The position numbers and the translations under genes were made by a program. Source: Heterodontus francisci (taxonomy: Eukaryota). Taken from it: DNA of 64,000 nt. The stretch covers positions 61,331,805 to 61,395,804 of the forward strand of contig NC_090395.1 of NCBI RefSeq assembly GCF_036365525.1, given 5' to 3'. Positions 23,369 through 36,097 of this stretch are shown one piece after another (position 1 is the first letter of the stretch; every line of letters begins with the position of its first letter). The notes under the pieces are model-generated. The model worked only from the letters and a program-made list of their open reading frames with translations. It was not told where the DNA came from and ran no database searches.

Positions 23369-23560
23369 TATACATATATACATATACATATACACACATA
23401 CTAATTTGAATTGCTTTAATCAAGGATTAAAATAATTTGCCCGTATGAAGTAAATATTAGTCAATTATGATGTTTAAAAAGATGTTAAGCTGCCTGATAT
23501 AGAATCACAGACACCAGGGGGGTAATTATGTTCTCAGTGGATGAGCCTCCCTCAGGATCA

Positions 23561-24040
23561 GAGAATCACAGAATCCTTACAGCGCAGAAGGAGGCCATTC
23601 GGCCCATCGTGTCTGTACTGGCTTTCTTAAAGAAGAACTCCCTTAGTTCCATTGCCCTGCCTTCTCCCCATAACCCTGCATATTCTTCCCTTTCATATAA
23701 CTGTCTAATTCCCTTTTGAATGCCTCAATTGAACCTGCCTCCACCACATTCTCAGGCAGCACATTCCAGACCTTAACCACTCGCTGTGTGAAAAAGTTCC
23801 TCCTCATGTCATTTTTGTTTCTCTTACCAAATACTTTAAATCTGTGCCCTCTCCTTCTTGATTCCTTCATAAGTGGGAACAGTTTCCCTCCATCTACTCC
23901 GTCCAGACCCCACGTGATTTTGAATACCTCTATCAAATCACCTCTCAGCCCTCTCCTCTCCAAGGAAAACAGCCCCAACCTCTCCAATCCATCCTCACAA
24001 CCGAAATTCCTCATCCCTGGAACCACCCTCGCAAATTCCT
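23561..24040 (-). mobile_element. CR1 3' fragment
   Basis: ORF 23643-24050 reads LGLFSLERRGLRGDLIEVFKI...FFTQRVVKVWN...AFKRELD. Confidence 0.9.
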
Positions 24041-24519
24041 CCCTACACATACATAATCACAGTTTTATCATGGTGATTTCGTGCTACAGAAGGTGAATAA
24101 TCAAAACTCAGAGAACTCATTACCACACACTGACTGACCAGTTAAAAAACTGAGACTGTCTTACTCTGTCTGCAACTGTTACAGAGTCACATTGTCACGA
24201 ACAAGTTAAGTTAAATATTCACTCCTTGCAGATTCCAATTCATACTATATAAAAGCTTCCTGGAAGCAGTGAATGAAGTCAGTTTATATAATAGAGATGT
24301 GCAACAGCTGCCAACTTTAGTCTGGATGTTAAAATTTGGACTTTATACCAACCCTTCAATTTGTGTTCTCAGCAATGAGCCAGTTTCCATAGGAAACTGA
24401 TGCCCAGATTTTCCTCACCACATTGTTAGATTTTTGGGTGGATAGGGGCCGACAATGGGCAGAAGTCCATGGAATTTTGCTTGCTTTGCAACCGAACATA
24501 CCCTCCAGTCAGTGGGAGG

Positions 24520-24651
24520 GAATTTGATAACAGGTTATCGACCTGAAATATTCACCATTTTTCTCACCACAGATGCTGCCTGACCCATGGAGTGTTTCCA
24601 GTGTTTTCAGTTTTTATTTCAGATTTCCAGCATCTGTAGTATTGTGCTTTT
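24520..24651 (+). mobile_element. Penelope terminal repeat fragment (decayed)
   Basis: gacctgaaa...ccacagatgctgcctgacc...tttatttcagatttccagcatctg... Confidence 0.65.
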
Positions 24652-24660
24652 GACTTAATT

Positions 24661-25203
24661 GGGCTGGATTCTATCGAGCCCTCGACTTCGGGATCCGTGG
24701 CAGCGGAGGGGTGGAGGAGGTCAAATGAGCTTCATGGGCATGTAGGGGATGGTGGGAAGGGTTATAGTTTGATGTTTGTGCACTTTGGAGTGTTGTGGGA
24801 GAGGTCAAATGGTAAAGGTAAGTGTCCTGTGGGGGAAAAGGGCAAAACATTAATTTAATTATTATTGGGTGGGGGGGGGGGGGGGGCGGTTGTGAGAGGG
24901 GAAAAAGATGTTTTTATTTATTTTCAATAACTCTTTCTTTAAATATTTAAATTTGCCATTAGGGCTAACAGCCCATTAAAAATGCCGTCAGCGCCTGCGC
25001 GCAGGCAGTTAACGCTATTGCCGGGGATGGACAGCCCGCCACCTCCATGTGATCGGGGAGGAAGGGGGGGGGGGGGGGGGCGGGGTGCCTACCCAGGCTA
25101 TTTAAATGAGCCACCGTGCTTGGAATTGCAGCTGCTCTTTGGCATGCGGCTCGCGCGGGCGGGCTGCCATTTTCTTTGCCCGCCAACTTATAGAATTCAG
25201 CCC
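24661..25203. mobile_element. Harbinger-type MITE
   Basis: TIRs gggctggattcta / tagaattcagccc (12 of 13 match), GC-rich ends and poly-G runs. Confidence 0.75.
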
Positions 25204-26254
25204 AATATTTCTATAGTGAATAAGAAAGCAAGCATAGATTAATTCAAAAATAACATCCTATAAAATGGCTGCTGTCTTTTCTCACAATAGAGAAGTAAAA
25301 ATAAAACAGTGAAGGATAAACTGTGAATATAATATAAAGGCACAGTAACAGTAGGCATGAACAGTACAAAATCATTACATATTAATATTCATCTAAGATG
25401 GCACCAAAAGGGTTAAATTAGTTACAACTTTGTACATTGGCAAAGATAATTGGACTTGGCTCAAGCAAACTGGGCTATGATACAACATGGTAAATTGCAA
25501 CAGGCTAAGATTATTTAGACCCATCTATTTCATGCTGAATATATTTGTGACTTATCCCTTAGTATGAGATGGCACTCCAACAACAATACATATGCATACA
25601 AAAGAGTTTCATCAAGTTATATTTGGTGTCTATTTAACTAAATAATAACAAAAAACCTATATAGTGACTTCCACAAACTGTGTATTCCAAACTGCATTAT
25701 AGCCAATGGAGGTACAAAAAAATCTAGAGAGAATAGCTTGGGATATTGGGAACATTATCAGTAGTGAGCTCAGATCAGTACAGCTAGCACTTAATTTGCC
25801 ATTGAAGGCAGGCCTGATTTCCGTGACAGTGCAGTTAGGCAAGTGCCATGCTTTTGGTTTTGCTGGGACAGGTTGTCAGGAGCAGACAGAACATTCAGCT
25901 AGCTTGTACTGACCAGTGATGAATTTTATAATCACTGGCCTGAATGAACCTTCAACTGCCACCAGTGAGAATTTGATGGGCAAAACATAAAGTCACAAAC
26001 CATTAATCTGGAGTTGAGGAAACCACTGCATTTTATAATGCAAAGAATTACCCAGTACCAGCAGCCTTAGGATATATTCCAGAACCATTTCAAACAGATT
26101 GATAATAAACCAACACAGCACCAGGTGTCTTCAGGCAAAAATAACACTTCCATCTTGATTCCAATAGAAATAAAAGGGAAACCTTATGTTGGAACTCTGA
26201 AATGAAAACTGAAGAGGCTGGGAATGCAAAGCAGGTCAGTCAGTATATGAAAGA

Positions 26255-26610
26255 AGAAGAACTGGCACTTATATAGTGTTTTCACTACCTTGGGATGTCC
26301 CAAAGGGCATCACAGTTAATGAGTCACTTTTGAAGTGTCATCACTGTTGTAATTTAGGGAAAGCCAATTTTCATACAACAGGGCCCCACAAGCATCACCG
26401 AGATAAATAGCCAGATAATCTGTTTTAGTAATGTCACTTGAGGGATTAACAGGTTGGTTTAACATCCCATCCATCAGCGCACCTGACAGCACAGCACTCC
26501 CTTGGTACTGCATTGATGTGTCAGCCTAGATTATGTGCTCAAGTCACTGGAGTGGGATTCAAAACCACAACCTCTGACTCAGAGGCAAAAGGGGTACCAC
26601 TCGGCTGAGG
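26255..26610 (-). mobile_element. Deu-domain-type SINE
   Basis: Collinear with 29717-30141 (cacctgacagcacagcactccct...tactgca...tcagcctagatt...ggagtggga). Confidence 0.65.
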
Positions 26611-27708
26611 TAAACAAAGATAGATTAATGTTTCAGATGGAACCTATCATTCCAGCATGTTCTGTTTCTAATTCCAATCAAGAATCTACTGCTTTGAAAT
26701 TTCCGTGTGAATACAAAGGGCTGAGTTTTCCAAATCTGGGTCGTTTGCGAGGCACCTCACCCACAGTCAGCATGTGGTAGAAAATTCCAAGTGTTTTGCT
26801 CACACTCTTTCATCCATTTGGATGGTAAATGGCTGGCAACATAGCCTCAATTCTTTGATTCATGCCGACAGTGGACAAGTTTACCTGAACATTGGCGTAG
26901 AGTCGGTAAATGTAGACTAAAGTGCAATAGAGGAAATATAGGAAAATAACAGAAACAAAAGTAAAACACAGGAGTGTTGGAGAAAGCTACCAAAATATTT
27001 CTTCAACCACACTTGTGCCAGAAGATTATTTTATAAAATAATCTACGCAGTCAGCAATTTAAAATTGATTCACTTGCCAGTTGTTCCTTTTGTCCCCCTC
27101 TCCCAAGCTGTTGACCCCTCCCCTAGGTTCATCTCCCCCAAGCCCAAGATCTTTGGAACTCAACTTGAGACACCAGCCTTGAACACTTGCTACTTCCTGC
27201 CCTCTGGATCAATATAAAAGAATAAAATGGCAATGCTTGGACTTCCTCAAATTGATTTTTCCCACCATTGAAGGGTTGAGGTTGAAATCAATTTGCATAC
27301 AGTTGTTGGCACTTCGTGGGCTCACAAGAATAAAGATCATTTGAGATTGAGTTCAAGACAGTAATTTACCTCAAGGGGTTCAGATAACATAATAACCCAG
27401 AAAGCTGGAGCTATTTATGTCTGCTTCCCTTGCCTAGATTACAGCCTTGAAATTACTCAATATGCCTTGTGATGAAGACAGTGTTAATTCCTACAAGCAG
27501 TCAGCAAATTGTCTGAGCTCTATAGGCTTTGGAGGCCACTGATGTATAGGCTGCCCTCCCAATATGGGGCTTTCCCCCAACAGGACCATTTACTTGGTCC
27601 TTGGTCCTACTGGGGCGCTTAGTCTTTTGTCCAGGCAGACTGTACTCATGCAGCTTTCCAATACATATTCCCAATAGGTGAAGCCATGCTGGATGCGCAG
27701 AAGTGGAA

Positions 27709-27905
27709 TATAGAATCTTGCATCACAGAAGGAGATTGGCCCATCCTACCTGTGCCATCTCTTTGAAAAAGCTACCAAATAAGTCTCACTTCCCTGCTGT
27801 TTCTTGATACCCTTTCAATTTTCTCCATTTCAAATATTTTCTCTCACTCAAGTATTTATCCAATTCCCTTTTGAAAGTTACCATTGAATTTGCTTCCATC
27901 ACACT
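27709..27905 (-). mobile_element. CR1 3' end fragment
   Basis: cacagaaggag...ggcccatc and aagtatttatccaattcccttttgaaag motifs. Confidence 0.6.
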
Positions 27906-29487
27906 TTGTACTTACTTTTCCTAATTCAATGTGCAAAAACAGGCTCAGATGTTGAACAGAGTGTATCACAGCTGTGTGCAGGTCAACGGGCCAGTTGAAA
28001 AAAAAAAACTATAAAGCTGTTGTTTTTAGATAATGAAAACACATTTTTTCTAAATTTGCTCCCATATCCAAAATTGGCAGTGGAAGAAGAAACAAGATAA
28101 ATAAAAGATTTAAAACATATATTTTTGTGGAGGAACAGTACATAAAAAAGGTAGATAAAATTAAAAGCAATGTCTTTTAAGTGAATTATTTTAGTTCTGT
28201 TGAACTAATACTCCAGTAACTATACAGTGGAGCTCCATCATCCCAACTTCCTGAATCACAGTCAATTGTTTTGCAAGTGAATGCTATGTGTGACTTGCCA
28301 AAGTACACAATGGTGTTTTATTATTTTGATTGAATGCAGATGGTGCAAGGGGTCTTACTGATTCTGGGGAGAAGCAATGCGAGACTCTCAGTTTGTTTTA
28401 ACGCCTGTGGCATTTAACTCTACTGCATCATCAAACCCAGTTTCAAAAATGACCAAAAGATCTATTGAACCTCTTCCCCTCAACCACTCCCCACTGAGAC
28501 TCTTTGTAGACCAACTTGCTGGATATTTACCTGTTCAGGTGATCTCTCTCAAAACATTTACATTTGAACCCCTAGGAGAGTTGTAAGCATGTATAGATTC
28601 TCTCTTCTGGATGGGAGAATTGTCATTTGAGACCAGAGTATAAATGAGGTATTACCTGACTGGAGCCCATTTTGCATCTACCAGTCTGAGCCCACAGCTT
28701 GGTATAAATGTAGCAAGAAGTACATCATATTTCTTGTATGAATTGTATTCTACTTGTTTTCCTTCCTGTGCTTAGAGGGTCACTCTACCTTACTGCTAAG
28801 ATTCTCACCTATCCACTAAAGGATCCATTCCATTATATCGCCATACTCCTGAGATTGGATTATTACTCCATTATTATTAGTTACTTCCACAATACACCAA
28901 AGAAAGACAGACTTGCATTTATATAGCACCTGACGACTTCATGATGTCTCAAAGCGCTTTGCAGCCAACAACGTTCCTTTGAAGTCGTCAATGATGTACT
29001 GTAGGAGTTTATTTTATCACAGAACCCCATTATAAACAAAATAATTAGAAATATTTACAGCTTATGTAGAAACAGTTCCAAATCAGAAAGTAATACAACC
29101 ATAATTCACAATAAAAGCCAGTTCACTGAGTTTAGAAAGGATTCGTGGTAAAACAATCTGAGTACCAGAAAGTCTGTTGATTGGCCACATGCTTCTCTAC
29201 CTCATTCATTTCCAGTATGTACATAGTTATTTTTCCATTCAGTTTAAATTCCCCTCAAGCTAGTAACCACAGTTTCTTTTTGAAATGCAGAGTTTGGAAA
29301 GGTCGTGTAGTTGAAACACTTCCAGATTACTTTTTTTTTTTAGCATGTTACAGACATAAAGAGTAATAAAAAATGCCACATTTTAATATGAGAAGCTGCC
29401 ATTCCCATGGAGGAATAATTTTTCAATCAGTTTCAAATACATGCAAGTACATATTTACCCTTTTATATATTTTGTGTCTGCAAAATT

Positions 29488-30225
29488 GGGCTTTTGGATG
29501 AGATATTAAACTGAGGACCTATCTGCCAACTCAGATGCATTTAGAAAAAAAAATCCATGGGACCATGGAGAGAAGAGCAGTTGGTGTCCTGGTCAACATT
29601 TCTCTCTAAACATGACTAAAACAGAATATCTGGCTGGTTATTTCATTTCTGTTTATGTGACCTTGCTGTGCGCAAATTGGTTGTTATATTCTCCTACATT
29701 TAAAATGATTACATTTATAGAGCATCTTCCATGCTCTCAGGGCATCTTAAAACGCATTACAGCGAATGAAGTGTAGTCACTGTTGTAATGTGGGAAACAC
29801 GGCAGCCAATTTGCACACAGCAAACTCCCACAAACAGCAATGTGATAATGAACAGATCATTTGTTTTTGTGATGTTGATTGAGGGATAAATAATGTCCAG
29901 GACACTGGGGAGAACGCCCCTGCTCTTCTTCAAAATAGTGCAATGGGATATTTTACATCCACCATAGAAAACAGACAGGGCTTCAGTTTAATAACTCACC
30001 CAAAAGATGGCACCTCCGACAGTACAGCACTCCTTCAGTACTGCACTGGGGTATCAGCCTAGATTTTGGAGTGGACTGGGACTTGAACCCACAACCTGCT
30101 GGCTCAGATGAGAGTGCTACCAACTAAGCCACAGCTGACAACAACAACTACATTTTGCAAATTACTTTATTGATCATGTAACATTGTGGGATGTCTGTGA
30201 TAGCGAAACAGAGCTATATAAAAGG
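29488..30225. mobile_element. Two nested Deu-domain-type SINEs (minus copy about 29717-30141 inside a plus copy)
   Basis: Plus copy body 29488-29716 resumes at about 30149 with its L2-like tail (gctatataaa). The minus copy has a tRNA head (ggacttgaaccc) and is flanked by tacattt. Confidence 0.65.
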
Positions 30226-31039
30226 AACTTAAATAGAAATTATAGCACAGATACAGACCATTCAGGCCAATTGGTCTATGTCTGCATAAACTTCCTCCCA
30301 CCCGATTTCATCTCAACCCATCAGCAAAACCTTCTATTCCTTTATCCTTTGTATTTTTCTAGTTTTGCTTTAAATGTATCAATGCTATTCGCCACAACTA
30401 CCCCGTGTAGTAGCAGCTTCCGTATTCTAACCAAGAATGGTAACAAAGTTTCTCCTGAATTCCTTATTGGATTGATTAGTGACTATCTTAGATGTATGAC
30501 CCCTAGATTCAAACCCCTCCACAAATGGAAAGTTCTTTCTTTCTAAGAGTTAAATACAAATAAGCAAATGCTGCCCGACCTGGGCGTACTGTATATTATA
30601 ACTTGATACAAGGCAGTTCAGACGCAGAACAAATATATTCCAGTGATCACTGCCAGAGTTGCTTGGATAAGGGTCATGAACAAGGATGGAAATATATACT
30701 GGTCCTTAAGTCATTTAATTCAAATGTTTCACAAAAGCAAACCATTTGGATTCAATTCTATAAAAGCATTCTACACAAACATTATAAAATGTTACAGCCT
30801 AAACCCTAGAACTAAAGCTAACAATGTGCAGACTCTCCAAGATTGTTGGACTCTCCAGGACATTGCTGATGACCGTAGCATCCTGGAATAATTCAGATGT
30901 TTCTTTGATGTAAATTGATCTGTGTTCAAGCAATGATGCCCGCAACTGCAATGATATGTTTGCAGAGCATTATACCCCAAGAAGCAAATCCCTTCTCTTA
31001 GAGACTTTACAAAAGGACATTCAATGTTATATTTCAACA

Positions 31040-31230
31040 AAGCCCAAGCTCTGGAATATCCTCCCTACACCTCTCCACCTCACTTTCCCCCTTTACAATG
31101 CTCCTCAAAGCCTATCTCTTTGACCAAGCTTTTGGTCATTTGACCGAACATCTCCTTTTGTCGCTCCTGTAAAGCACCTTGGGATGTTTTATTACGTTAA
31201 AGATGCTATATAAATATAAGTTGTTATTGT
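31040..31230 (+). mobile_element. L2 LINE 3' end
   Basis: ctctttgaccaagcttttggtca...gtaaagcaccttgggatg...gctatataaatataagttgtt tail. Confidence 0.7.
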
Positions 31231-31449
31231 TCTCTCCTGAATGGACTGACTCATGCTGCACACATGCCAATCATCAGATTTTATGCTGACAGCATGCTGG
31301 GAAGTTGTCAGTTAGTTAAAGTTTGCTGAGAAGAATCAGCCCAGACTAGGCCCTCTCTCATCAATGCCACTCATTTCTCTCCCATCACACTCCTCTCTCC
31401 CTCTTAGTCCCTCATTACTGTTCCGCTGCTAATGGACTAGAGTAAAAGA

Positions 31450-31692
31450 AGAACTTGAAGTACTTTTGAAGGGTAGTTACTATCATGTTGTAGGAAATGC
31501 ATCCAATCTGGGCACAGCAAGGTCCCGCAAACAGCAATGCAATAATGACCAGATTATTTGCTTTTAGGTGTTGGTTGAGAGATAAATATTGGCCAGGACA
31601 CCACGGAAAACTCCTCTGCTTTCAATAGTGCCATGGGATCTTTTACTTCAACTGAGAGGGTGGGCGAGGCCTTGGTTTAAATATCTCATCCG
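31450..31692 (-). mobile_element. Deu-domain-type SINE fragment
   Basis: cacagcaaggtccc...aaacagcaatg...ataaatattggccaggacacc...aatagtgccatgggatctttta. Confidence 0.6.
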
Positions 31693-33012
31693 ATCCCCAA
31701 TGCCACTCTTAGAACAAATGCTATCTACCCTGGCCACTATAGGTGGAAAATCTCACGAGAACAGGAGTTTCCAGCTACAAAAGGGATAGAGCTAGGATCA
31801 TTGTCATTAGCTCATGCATTCCACAAGAACAGAAAGTGTTTTGAGATTCAGTCAGAAAGCCAATATTTGCTGATAAAAATCAGTGCAAATAGAGTCCTCT
31901 CATCACAACGTTGCTCCTCTCTCTTCCCTGTCCTACTCTTAACTGAATCTGCCTGCTAATCTACTGGATTTGGGACCTACTTTCCTAAACACCACACTTA
32001 GCATTAATGGTAATCATCTTGGCTGCTGTATACTCTCGAGGTAACAAATAGTAGTAAGTTGGGCAAGGTACGAGAGAGCTACTAGTATCCAATCATTGTC
32101 CTTTCATAAAGCAACCAGAATCACGTACAAATAGAAATGAGTCGATGTTTTATTTGTCTCACATCCACTTCCTAAATCAATACTTTTTCTAGTACTGTAC
32201 AATGTGCCTAATATTTATAACAATCCTACTAGAACATTAAATGTATTTAAATATATTTAATGTAATTTTCCTGTGTTTTTTTAAAACCAGGACAGGGCCT
32301 TGTTATCACAGCTGTTTGCTAACAAACCATATAATATTACTCTGAGTAAAAAGTAACAATATTTAGAATAGACAGAAAAGTTAGGAAAACCTAAAGAGAC
32401 AGAATATACGGGGTTGACATTAACTTTGCGACATGCGATCTGATCATTGCCACAGTAAAAGTTCCCGAGATCTTGGAGGTGCATCGTTACTGCAACTTTA
32501 GTGTTGCAACTAAGTGATTTCCTTGTCATAGCAATGTTCAAGCTGCAGTATAATTCAGAATGGAGCAAGCAGGAGACCTCCCAGAGGAAGCAATCTCATA
32601 CTATTTGGGTGGACACTGCATGAAACTGTCACCCCAATGCAGTGTCAATCCTAGTTAAAAAAGAGCCAGTAGGTCCACTGAAGACTGATATCTGCAGCAC
32701 CAATGTACCCTTAGAAATCTATGTTAAATATGATCAAAAAGTGTCAAACATCAGCAAACACCCACAAATTCATTTCCTCGGACTTTATTGGATTAACTTC
32801 ATTAGAAGTGCAGCAGAAACCCCCAAGGAAATTCAAGGCCTTGGAACATTCCCTCAGAGAAAGTAGACAGTAGTGATCATTCTGATGTTAGTGAAGGCAT
32901 GGTGTGATGAAAATAGTGTCTTCTCATGTTTATAGTTTTCCGTAGGAATCAAGTTTGATAAACCAGTCTTTGTTCATGTCCATAGTAATTTCTTATATGT
33001 TCTTTCACCCAG

Positions 33013-33164
33013 AGTTCAATGTAACCAGTTTCTGTCGCAAAGTAAGCCCAGTGGATTACTCCCAGTTGAGGATTCTCCGGTTGGATGGGAACAAACTAAC
33101 CTCCAGCCAAATTCCCAGTGACTGAATGTGGTGTTTAAGAGCAATTACTGAACTAATTGTGTAG
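33013..33164 (+). CDS. SLRP pseudogene terminal coding exon (ear repeat and last LRR), with in-frame TGA at 33123-33125
   Basis: Acceptor ttctttcacccag ends at 33012. Translation (E)[48 protein letters not shown] is a typical class II SLRP C-terminus. Too short to appear in the ORF track. Confidence 0.9.
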
Positions 33165-34149
33165 ACTGACTTCAAAACACCAAAGACTTGGCAGCAAATG
33201 CAACTGTCTACATGTAACATAGAGCATTATAAGAGCCCCTTGCTATTCAATTTTTGGTATTGTGAATGTTTGCAACCTTGTATAACTGGCCTGATCCTTG
33301 CATATTCTTACTGTCCCCAAAGACCTAATAATTATGGTAAAAGGAAATGTCAGGAATAGTTACAATTAAAAAAGCGACCCGCTGACATGGCTAGTTAACA
33401 TCCCAATATCACATCCCATGGTTCACCCAGAGGAATAGATAGATCAGAAAAAAACCCCAAAAATGTAATCACTGGGTCCCACCAGATAAGTTAAGGGACC
33501 TTTTCTCTTGCTGCAGTTGACTGACTTACTGTGTAATTCTAGCTTTTACTATATTTACTTCAGAGTTCCAGTATTTGTAGGTGCTTTTGAGACAGATAAC
33601 ACAGTCCCAGAAGAAATGTGTGTCTCACCTGACTAACTGCCCATCACTGACATTTGTAACTTTTCAAAAGAAAACTTGCGATATGAAGTTTGCATGCGTT
33701 TTGTCAGCCAGTTTAAAACAAGTTTGTACTGCATGCCAATGAAGGAATTTTCCTTCCTCCCAGATGTGGCAAAGTAGCTTTCGACAGTGAGGAACATAAG
33801 ACTTAGGAGGAGTAGGCCATTCGGCCTTTAGAAGCTGCTCTATCATTCGCTAAGATCACGGCTGATCAGGCTGTGGTCTCAACTCCACTTTCCTGTCTGC
33901 CTCCCATAACCCTAGACTCCCTTGTCTATTAAAATCTATCTAACTCAGCCTTGAATAAATTTAACAACCCAGCCTCCACTGCTTTCTGGGGAAGAGAATT
34001 CTACAGACTAATGACCCTTTGAGACACAAAAAACTCCTCACCTCTGTCTTAAAAGGGAGACCTCTTATTCTTAAACTGTGCCCTAGTTCTCATCTCCCCC
34101 ACAAGAGGAAACATCTGCCTGGTATGCATTCTATCAAGTCCCTTGAGGA

Positions 34150-34544
34150 TTTTTTTTTATTCATTCAAGAGATGTGGGTGTTGCTGACTAGGCCGGCATT
34201 TATTTCCCATCCCTATTTGCCCTTGAACTGAGTGGCTTCCTACACCATCTCAGAGGACATTTAAGAGTTAGCCACATTGCTGTGGATCTGGAGTCACATT
34301 AGGCCAGACCAGGCAAGCACAGCAGATTTCCTTCCCTAAAGGACATTAGTGAACCAGATGGATTTTTACAACAATTGACAATGGTTTCATTAGACTAGCT
34401 TTTTTTTTTTTAATTCCAGATTTATTAATTGAATTCAAATTTCACCATCTGCCATGGTGGGAGTTGAAACCATGACCCCAGAGCACTAGCCTGGGCCTCT
34501 GGACTACTAGTTCAGCGACATTACCACTATGCCATCACCTCCCC
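34150..34544 (-). mobile_element. tRNA-derived SINE whose 3' tail matches the LINE at 2866-3382 and 63605-64000
   Basis: Head with A/B-box-like sequence at 34450-34544. Tail gatgtgggtgttgctgactaggccggcatttatttcccatccctatttgcccttga is shared with the LINE 3' UTR. Confidence 0.75.
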
Positions 34545-34784
34545 GTAATCTTACATGTTAAGATCACCTCTCATTCTAAACTCCAATGGATACAAGCCCA
34601 ACCTGTTCAATCTTTCCTCATAAGATAAGCCCTTTATCCCTGGAATTAGTTGAGTGAACCTTCTCTGAACTGCTTCTAATCCAAATATATTCTTTTTCAA
34701 CTAAGGAGACCAAAACTGTACAGAGTATTCCAGATATTGTCACACAGAGGTCCTGTACAGTTGCAGTAAAACTTCCCTACTTTT

Positions 34785-35092
34785 ATTTATTTAGAGATAC
34801 AGCACTGAAACAGGCCCTTCGGCCCACTGAGTCTGTGCTGACCAACAACCACTCATTTATACTAACCCTACAGTAATCCCATATTCCCTACCACCTACCT
34901 ACACTAGGGGCAATTTACAATGGCCAATTTACCTATCAACCTGCAAGTCTTTGGCTGTGGGAGGAAACCGGAGCACCCAACGAAAACCCACGCGGTCACA
35001 GGGAGAACTTGCAAACTCCACACAGGCAGTACCCAGAACTGAACCCGGGTCCCTGGAGCTGTGAGGCTGCAGTGCTAACCACTGCGCCGCCC
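34785..35092 (-). mobile_element. HE1/V-SINE-type SINE
   Basis: tRNA head (GCGCAGTGGTTAGCAC...GGGTTCAGTTC), V-domain-like GGGTGCTCCGGTTTCCTCCCACA and CR1-type tail GGGCCGAAGGGCCTGTTTCAGTGCTGTATCTCTAA. Confidence 0.9.
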
Positions 35093-35381
35093 TTATTATT
35101 TTGCAGCAATCCTCTATTTTCCTTGCAATAAACACCAATAGTCCATTTGACTTCCTAATCAATTGCTGTACTTACATACTAACCTTTTGTGATTCATGTA
35201 CCAGGACACCCAGATCCCTCTGTACCACTGAGTTGTGCAATCTCTCTCCATTTTAATAGTATACAACTTTTCTCTTCTTCCTGCTAAAGTGGTCAAGTTC
35301 ACATTTTCCCACATAATATTCTATCTGCCAAATTTTTGTCTACTCAATTAACCTATCTATATCCTTTTGTAGACTCTTGTA

Positions 35382-35754
35382 GCAGGATCGCGGACGCCAG
35401 CCCCGGAAGCAAGGTAAGTTTTTGGGACCTCCCTGGAGACAATCGGCCAGGCCCCGGAAAGGCAAAGGGGGTAGGTTGGAGCTTCAGAGGGAGCCCTCCA
35501 TGGTGCACAGATTTTACCTGGGGGTGTGAAGTACCTGCCATCGGTGGTGGGAAGAGGCCCTTAAGTGGCAGTTAATTGGCCACTTAAGGGCCTTGTTTGG
35601 TCTGGGGTGGGCAGGCCGTTTCTCACAGCCACACCCCTGATAAAATTGCATTGGGAACAAGATCCCCCACCTCCCACTCAATTTTACAACTCCCACCATC
35701 ACCAGCCCCTCCTGTTGGGGATGGAGGGGTGGCGGGATCTGTAAAATTCTGGTC
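35382..35754. mobile_element. Harbinger-type MITE fragment
   Basis: Internal hairpin ggcccttaagtggc-gttaatt-ggccacttaagggcc and right terminus gtaaaattctggtc. Confidence 0.55.
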
Positions 35755-35907
35755 TCGGTGTCTGATCCCCAAATATTAGAGTAAGCCAGATGGGATGGTT
35801 GGCTCGTTCTTGGGGATGTGATATTCTCATGAGGAATACACTGCATGTTATCAGGCCAATCTCATTTGCAAGGAGATTTAATTCATAATGTATTGCTAAA
35901 AATAATA

Positions 35908-36097
35908 GAATTGTAGAGCACAGGAGGAGGCCAGGCTCTTTGAGAGAGCTATCCAATTAGTTCCAGTCCCCTGCTCTTCCACTATAACCCTGTAAATTTT
36001 TCATTTTCAAGTACTTATCCAATTCCATTTTGAACGTTACTATTGAATCTGTTTCCACTACCTTTTCAGGTAATGCAACCAGATCAGAACAACTCAC
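35908..36097 (-). mobile_element. CR1 3' end fragment
   Basis: gcacaggaggaggcc...gagctatccaattagt...aagtacttatccaattcc motifs. Confidence 0.6.

Larger units (their letters stand above)
15422..33164 (+). pseudogene. Lumican-like class II small leucine-rich proteoglycan (SLRP) gene, unprocessed pseudogene with 3 coding exons
   Basis: Exons 15482-16103 (622 nt) + 22237-22551 (315 nt) + 33013-33164 (152 nt) total 1089 nt = 363 codons with two phase-1 introns. The product has a signal peptide, a (C>Y)x3CxCx9C cap, 11 LRRs and a C-terminal ear repeat (FC...LRLDGN...CLR). Lesions: TAG 15545, inversion-derived TGA 22527, donor GT>AT at 22552, TGA 33123. The N-terminus (DYGGIP...VLSLSGR...CDCxxxWPTAMFC) resembles, from memory, the fish lumican-like group (zebrafish zgc:113307 type) rather than LUM itself; this needs phylogenetic confirmation. 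Confidence 0.9.
33791..35378 (-). mobile_element. CR1 fragment carrying two nested SINEs
   Basis: gaacataaga tail and ggccattcggcc hairpin at 33791-33826. RT C-terminal sequence continues at 34545-34784 and 35095-35378. Confidence 0.75.

Noticed and set aside
30792-31040. Minus-strand ORF containing NYSRMLR, resembling an SLRP ear repeat
   Set aside because: Wrong strand, no LRLDGN or Cys context; the real terminal exon is at 33013-33164.
33123-33125. TGA as selenocysteine or programmed readthrough
   Set aside because: The position fits Trp (TGG>TGA), and the gene has several other independent lesions.
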